A DNA stretch of 64,000 nucleotides from Rebecca billardiae RCC1528 (lineage: Eukaryota; Protista; Haptophyta), in NCBI GenBank assembly GCA_965240325.2, contig OZ251253.1, forward strand, positions 864,233-928,232, in the 5' to 3' direction. A program made the translations under genes and the position numbers. This document shows positions 58,030 to 64,000 of this stretch, piece by piece (position 1 is the first letter of the stretch; each line of letters opens with the position of its first letter). The notes beneath the pieces are model-generated. The model was not told the origin of the DNA, did not search any database, and saw only the letters and a program-made list of their open reading frames with translations.

Positions 58030-58246
58030 GGTTAGGGTTAGGGTTAGGGTTAGGGTTAGGGTTAGGGGTTAGGGTTAGGGTTAGGGTTAGGGTTAGGGTT
58101 AGGGTTAGGGTTAGGGTTAGGGTTAGGGTTAGGGTTAGGGTTAGGGTTAGGTTAGGGTTAGGGGTTAGGGGTTAGGGTTAGGGTTAGGGTTAGGGTTAGG
58201 GTTAGGGTTAGGGTTAGGGTTAGGGTTAGGGGGTTAGGGTTAGGGG
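57642..58246 (+). repeat. Interstitial (TTAGGG)n telomeric tract, ~600 bp
   Basis: Seen directly. Confidence 0.98.
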
Positions 58247-59245
58247 CAGGGCCTCCTAACCAAATACGTGTGCGCCCCCGGAGCACTCTGTGAGGTTGAG
58301 GAGCGCATCGGCCTCGGAGCGCAGCGGCGCAGCCGCTGCGCTCCTCGGCCTCCTCGCCTAATTACTAACCCTAAAACTACTAATACTAATAACTAAATAC
58401 TAATTACTAATACAAAAACTAAAACTAGTAATCACTAATTCTATAACTAAAAACTAATACTAATACTAATACCCCTCCTCCCCCCCTCCCTCAATATTTG
58501 GGTGTATTGTGGGGGCTGCGCCCCCACACCCCCGCCTCCTAACCCCCCTCCTACTACCCCCCTACTACCCCTCCTACCCCCCTACTACCCCCCCTCCCAC
58601 CACCCACCTCCTCCCCAGCCTCCCCTTCTACTACACTTCATCTCCCACCCCCTAGAGGCACTGCCAGAGGGCCTGACACCAGTGCGGGCCATCTTTGACG
58701 AATTCTTGCGAGCCACCACCGCATTTTTAATAAACAAGTGCACTTGCTCAAAGAGAGAATTTTGTCTTCAGAATGTTCCCTCAAAACATCAGCAAAATCG
58801 AAAAATATTTGGTGCACCTGCCAGTGGGACTTGCACCTGGCGCCTATGTGTTTGCACCCATGAAAAAATCTAAGTCTTGGTGGCTGTACTTTCAAAAAAA
58901 ATACAAACTTGAGGAACGTCTTCTTTCTATATGTAGATTTTGTCTGCAAATTATGAGAAAATGCAAAAAAGCTATGCTACTAATGGTACTGCTTAGTAGT
59001 AGTTTTCTATAAGTAGGGGTATTAGTAGGAGGGGGTTACTAGGAGGGGGTTAGTAGGGGGTTAGTAGTGGTTTTAGTTTTAGGTAAACCTTTAGACTTTT
59101 CGGGGGGAGCGATTTGATTTTGATATTTTCAGAATTTCTAAACGACTTCGTATGCAAGTGACGAAACCCTAACCTATGGCATAGTTAGCAAAATGTGACT
59201 TTTTGGACAAAACTTCAGGGAGTGTTGCCCCACTTCAGGGAAGCC
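58247..59245. other. 1-kb AT-rich insert between telomeric tracts, with strand-asymmetric inverted arms and hairpins
   Basis: Much lower GC than the genic region; CTA/CCC-rich left arm, TAG/GGG-rich right arm; no convincing ORF. Confidence 0.8.
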
Positions 59246-59263
59246 TAGGTTAGGGTTAGGGTT

Positions 59264-61890
59264 AACCTTGGCCGCCACCTGAGCTACGCGCGCTGGGCCG
59301 CACTGGCTCGCTCTGGGTGCCGCCCGGCGCTCGCCGCGGCAGTTATTCATCTCGGTCGGGTGAGTGGCGGCCGAGTGTCACGATGCGCAAGGGGCGCCGG
59401 CGGCCTTCGCCAGGTGCTCCAGGCCGCGCAAAAGGTCGAATGCAACCTTGGCCGCCACCCGAGCTACGCGCGCTGGGCCGCACTGGCTCGCTCTGGGTGC
59501 CGCCCGGCGCTCACCGAAGGCGCGGCAGTTATTTATCTCGGTCGGGTGAGTGGCGGCCGAGTGTCACGATGCGCAGGGGGCGCCGGCGGCCTTCGCCAGG
59601 TGCTCCAGGCCGCGCAAAAGGTCGAATGCAACCTTGGCCGCCACCCGAGCTACGCGCGCTGGGCCGCACTGGCTCGCTCTGGGTGCCGCCCGGCGCTCAC
59701 TGAAGGCGCGGCAGTTATTCATCTCGGTCGGGTGAGTGGCGGCCGAGTGTCACGATGCGCAGGGGGCGCCGGCGGCCTTCGCCAGGTGCTCCAGGCCGCG
59801 CAAAAGGTCGAATGCAACCTTGGCCGCCACCCGAGCTACGCGCGCTGGGCCGCACTGGCTCGCTCTGGGTGCCGCCCGGCGCTCGCCGCGGCAGTTATTC
59901 ATCTCGGTCGGGTGAGTGGCGGCCGAGTGTCACGATGCGCAAGGGGCGCCGGCGGCCTTCGCCAGGTGCTCCAGGCCGCGCAAAAGGTCGAATGCAACCT
60001 TGGCCGCCACCCGAGCTACGCGCGCTGGGCCGCCGACTGGCTCGCTCTGGGTGCCGCCCTGCGCTCACAAGGCGCGGCAGTTATTCATCTCGGTCGGGTA
60101 AGTGGCGGCCGAGTGTCACGATGCGCAGGAGCCGCCGGCGGCCTTCGCCAGATGCTCCAGGCCGCGCAAAAGGTCGAATGCAACCTTGGCCGCCACCCGA
60201 GCTACGCGCGCTGGGCCGCACTGGCTCGCTCTGGGACTGGGTGCCGCCCGGCGCTCACTGAAGGCGCGGCAGTTGTTCATCTCGGTCGGGTAAGTGGCGG
60301 CCGAGTGTCACGATGCGCAAGGGGCGCCGGCGGCCTTCGCCAGGTGCTCCAGGCCGCGCAAAAGGTCGAATGCAACCTTGGCCGCCACCCGAGCTACGCG
60401 CGCTGGGCCGCACTGGCTCGCTCTGGGACTGGGTGCCGCCCGGCGCTCACTGAAGGCGCGGCAGTTGTTCATCTCGGTCGGGTAAGTGGCGGCCGAGTGT
60501 CACGATGCGCAGGGGCCGCCGGCGGCCTTCGCCAGGTGCTCCAGGCCGCGCAAAAGGTCGAATGCAACCTTGGCCGCCACCCGAGCTACGCGCGCTGGGC
60601 CGCCGACTGGCTCGCTCTGGGTGCCGCCCTGTGCTCACAAGGCGCGGCAGTTATTCATCTCGGTCGGGTGAGTGGCGGCCGAGTGTCACGATGCGCAGGG
60701 GGCGCCGGCGGCCTTCGCCAGGTGCTCCAGGCCGTAGAAGTATGTTTTCTCGAGATTGACCGAGCCGAATCCTCTCAAAATTGGAGGGCCTCTAGCCCTT
60801 CCCATTTCCATGGCAGAGCCCAAGTCTCGTTGAAATCGGTTCGGTCAATCTCGAGAAATTCCCATTTTAGTACCGGCGACCCTAACCACGACCCTAACCC
60901 TAACCCTTACCACGACCCTAACCCTTACCTGCGCCCTAACCCTTACCACGACCCTAACCCTTACCTGCGCCCTAACCCTTACCTGCGCCCTAACCCTTAC
61001 CTGCGCCCTAACCCTTACCTGCGCCCTAACCCTTACCTGCGCCCTAACCCTTACCTGCGCCCTAACCCTTACCTGCGCCCTAACCCTTACCTGCGCCCTA
61101 ACCCTTACCTGTGCCCTAACCCTTACCTGCGCCCTAACCCTTACCTGCGCCCTAACCCTTACCTGTGCCCTAACCCTTACCTGCGCCCTAACCCTTACCT
61201 GCGCCCTAACCCTCACCCTCACCCTCACATTGTACATTTGGAATGTAAATTGTACATTTGGGGTGTAGTACATTGTACATTCGGAAATGTACATTGTACA
61301 TTCGGAATGTACATTGTACATTCGGAAATGTACATTGTACATTCGGAAATGTACATTGTACATTTGGATACATTGTACATTTGGAATGTAAATTTTACAT
61401 TTGGAGTGTAGTACACTGTAGATTCGGAAATGTACATTGTACATTCGAAAATGCACATTGTACATATGGAATGTACTACATTGTACATTCGGATCCATTC
61501 GATCATCAGATGTACAGCATGCAATCGAAAAGTGTACGAATGGTACACAGTGTACTGTTGCAATGTACACTCTGATACATTCAGATGTATATCAATCAAA
61601 AGTTCACAAAGTGTACACATATATGTACATTCAAAATGCACATTCGGATACAGTCATATGTACAACCAAGAAGTGTACAAAGTGTACAAATGTGTACATT
61701 CAAAATAGGGTTAGGGTTAGGGTTAGGGTTAGGGTTAGGGTTAGGGTTAGGGTTAGGGTTAGGGTTAGGGTTAGGGTTAGGGTTAGGGTTAGGGTTAGGG
61801 TTAGGGTTAGGGTTAGGGTTAGGGTTAGGGTTAGGGTTAGGGTTAGGGTTAGGGGTTAAGGTAGGTTAGGGTTAGGGTTAGGTTAGGTTA
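59264..61890 (+). repeat. Near-exact duplicate of 55200-57850 (8 satellite monomers, spacer, inverted 18-mers, TGTACA block, telomere start)
   Basis: Constant 4064-bp offset (55300/59364, 56781/60845, 57521/61585) with the same diagnostic variants. Confidence 0.97.
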
Positions 61891-62716
61891 GGGTTAGGGT
61901 TAGGGGTTAGGGTTAGGGTTAGGGTTAGGGTTAGGGTTAGGTTAGGGTTAGGGTTAGGGTTAGGGTTAGGGTTAGGGTTAGGGTTAGGGTTAGGGTTAGG
62001 GGTTAGGGTTAGGGTTAGGGTTAGGGTTAGGGTTAGGGTTAGGGTTAGGGTTAGGGTTAGGGTTAGGGTTAGGGTTAGGGTTAGGGTTTAGGGTTAGGTT
62101 AGGGTTAGGGTTAGGGTTAGGGTTAGGGTTAGGGTTAGGGTTAGGTTAGGGTTAGGGTTAGGGTTAGGGTTAGGGTAGGGTTAGGGTTAGGGTTAGGGTT
62201 AGGGTTAGGGTTAGGGTTAGGGTTAGGGTTAGGGTTAGGGTTAGGGTTAGGGTTAGGGTTAGGGTTAGGGTTAGGGTTAGGGTTAGGGGTTAGGGTTAGG
62301 GTTAGGGTTAGGGTTAGGGTTAGGGTTAGGGTTAGGGTTAGGGTTAGGGTTAGGGTTAGGGTTAGGGTTAGGGTTAGGGTTAGGGTTTAGGGGTTAGGGT
62401 TAGGGTTAGGGTTAGGGTTAGGGTTAGGGTTAGGGTTAGGGGTTAGGGTTAGGGTTAGGGTTAGGGTTAGGGTTAGGGTTAGGGTTAGGGTTAGGGGTTA
62501 GGGTTAGGGTTAGGGTTAGGGTTAGGGGTTAGGGTTAGGGTTAGGGTTAGGGTTAGGGTTAGGGTTAGGGTTAGGGTTAGGGTTAGGGTTAGGGTTAGGG
62601 TTAGGGTTAGGGTTAGGGTTAGGGTTAGGGTTAGGGTTAGGGTTAGGGGTTAGGGTTAGGGTTAGGGTTAGGGTTAGGGTTAGGGGTTAGGGTTAGGGTT
62701 AGGGGTTAGGTTAGGG

Positions 62717-62757
<41 letters not shown>

Positions 62758-62780
62758 GGTTAGGTTAGGGTTAGGGTTAG

Positions 62781-62818
<38 letters not shown>

Positions 62819-63074
62819 GGTTAGGGGTTAGGGGTTAGGGTTAGGGTTAGGGGTTAGGGTTAGGGTTAGGGTTAGGGGTTAGGGGTTAGGGTTTAGGGGT
62901 TAGGGTTAGGGTTAGGGTTAGGGTTAGGGTTAGGTTAGGGTTAGGGGTTAGGGTTAGGGTTAGGGTTAGGGTTAGGGTTAGGGGTTAGGGTTAGGGTTAG
63001 GGTTAGGGTTAGGGTTAGGGTTAGGGGGTTAGGGTTAGGGTTAGGGTTAGGGTTAGGTTAGGGTTGGGTTAGGG

Positions 63075-63141
<67 letters not shown>

Positions 63142-63622
63142 GGTTAGGGTTAGGGTTAGGGTTAGGGTTAGGGTTAGGGGTTAGGGTTAGGGTTAGGGTT
63201 AGGGTTAGGGTTAGGTTAGGGTTAGGGGTTAGGGGGTTAGGGTTAGGGTTAGGGTTAGGGGTTAGGGTTTAGGGGTTAGGGTTAGGGTTAGGGTTAGGGT
63301 TAGGGTTAGGGTTAGGTTAGGGTTAGGGTTAGGGTTAGGGTTAGGGTTAGGGTTAGGGTTAGGTTTAGGGTTAGGGTTAGGGTTAGGGTTAGGGTTAGGG
63401 GTTAGGGTTAGGGTTAGGGTTAGGGTTAGGGTTAGGGTTAGGGTTAGGGTTAGGGTTAGGGTTAGGTTAGGGTTAGGGTTAGGGTTAGGGTTAGGGTTAG
63501 GGTTAGGGTTAGGGTTAGGTTAGGGTTAGGGTTAGGGTTAGGGTTAGGGTTAGGGTTAGGGTTAGGGTTAGGGTTAGGGTTAGGGTTAGGGTTAGGGTTA
63601 GGGTTAGGGTTAGGGGTTAGGG

Positions 63623-63663
<41 letters not shown>

Positions 63664-63839
63664 GGTTAGGGTTAGGGTTAGGGTTAGGGTTAGGGTTTAG
63701 GGGTTAGGTTAGGGTTAGGGTTAGGGTTAGGGTTAGGGGTTAGGGTTAGGGTTAGGGTTAGGGTTAGGGTTTAGGGTTTAGGGTTAGGGGGGTTAGGGTT
63801 AGGTTAGGGGGTTAGGGTTAGGGTTAGGGTTAGGGTTAG

Positions 63840-63873
<34 letters not shown>

Positions 63874-64000
63874 GTTAGGGTTAGGGTTAAGGGTTAGGGT
63901 TAGGGTTAGGGTTAGGGTTAGGGTTAGGGTTAGGGTTAGGGTTAGGGTTAGGGTTAGGGTTAGGGTTAGGGTTAGGGTTAGGGTTAGGGTTAGGGTTAGG
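61706..64000 (+). repeat. Terminal telomere (TTAGGG)n
   Basis: About 2.3 kb of TTAGGG to the end of the window. Confidence 0.99.

Noticed and set aside
56781-59012. ORFs in the telomeric, TGTACA and insert DNA
   Set aside because: Low-complexity repeat translations or short ORFs without motifs.
62000-64000. TTAGG/TTAGGGG/TTTAGGG variants as evidence of a sloppy telomerase
   Set aside because: They increase distally and are indistinguishable from homopolymer sequencing errors at low coverage.

Overview
GC-rich eukaryotic chromosome end with GT-AG introns and TTAGGG telomeres. A psaR-like gene with a bipartite plastid presequence points to an alga with a complex red plastid; a Pavlovales-like haptophyte is plausible but only inferred. 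Layout: 1-28 kb is gene-dense (PGK-GAPDH fusion with degenerate active sites, double DUF179, RING-LON, bestrophin-like, acyltransferase-3, methyltransferase-like, PsaR, BTB-ankyrin-FYVE, YidD, importin-4-like). 28-39 kb is a gene-poor patchwork of degenerate repeats. 39.6-45.8 kb holds a coiled-coil gene and a gene that abuts the satellite and looks 5'-truncated. 45.8-56.7 kb is a ~184-bp satellite (~59 copies) with higher-order repeats. It is followed by a terminal cassette (inverted-repeat spacer, inverted telomere-variant 18-mers, TGTACA block, TTAGGG tract), a 1-kb AT-rich insert, a near-exact second copy of 8 monomers plus the cassette, and the terminal telomere. Most long ORFs in the supplied track are GC-rich shadow frames or repeat translations. 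All protein assignments come from motif recognition by eye; no searches were run.
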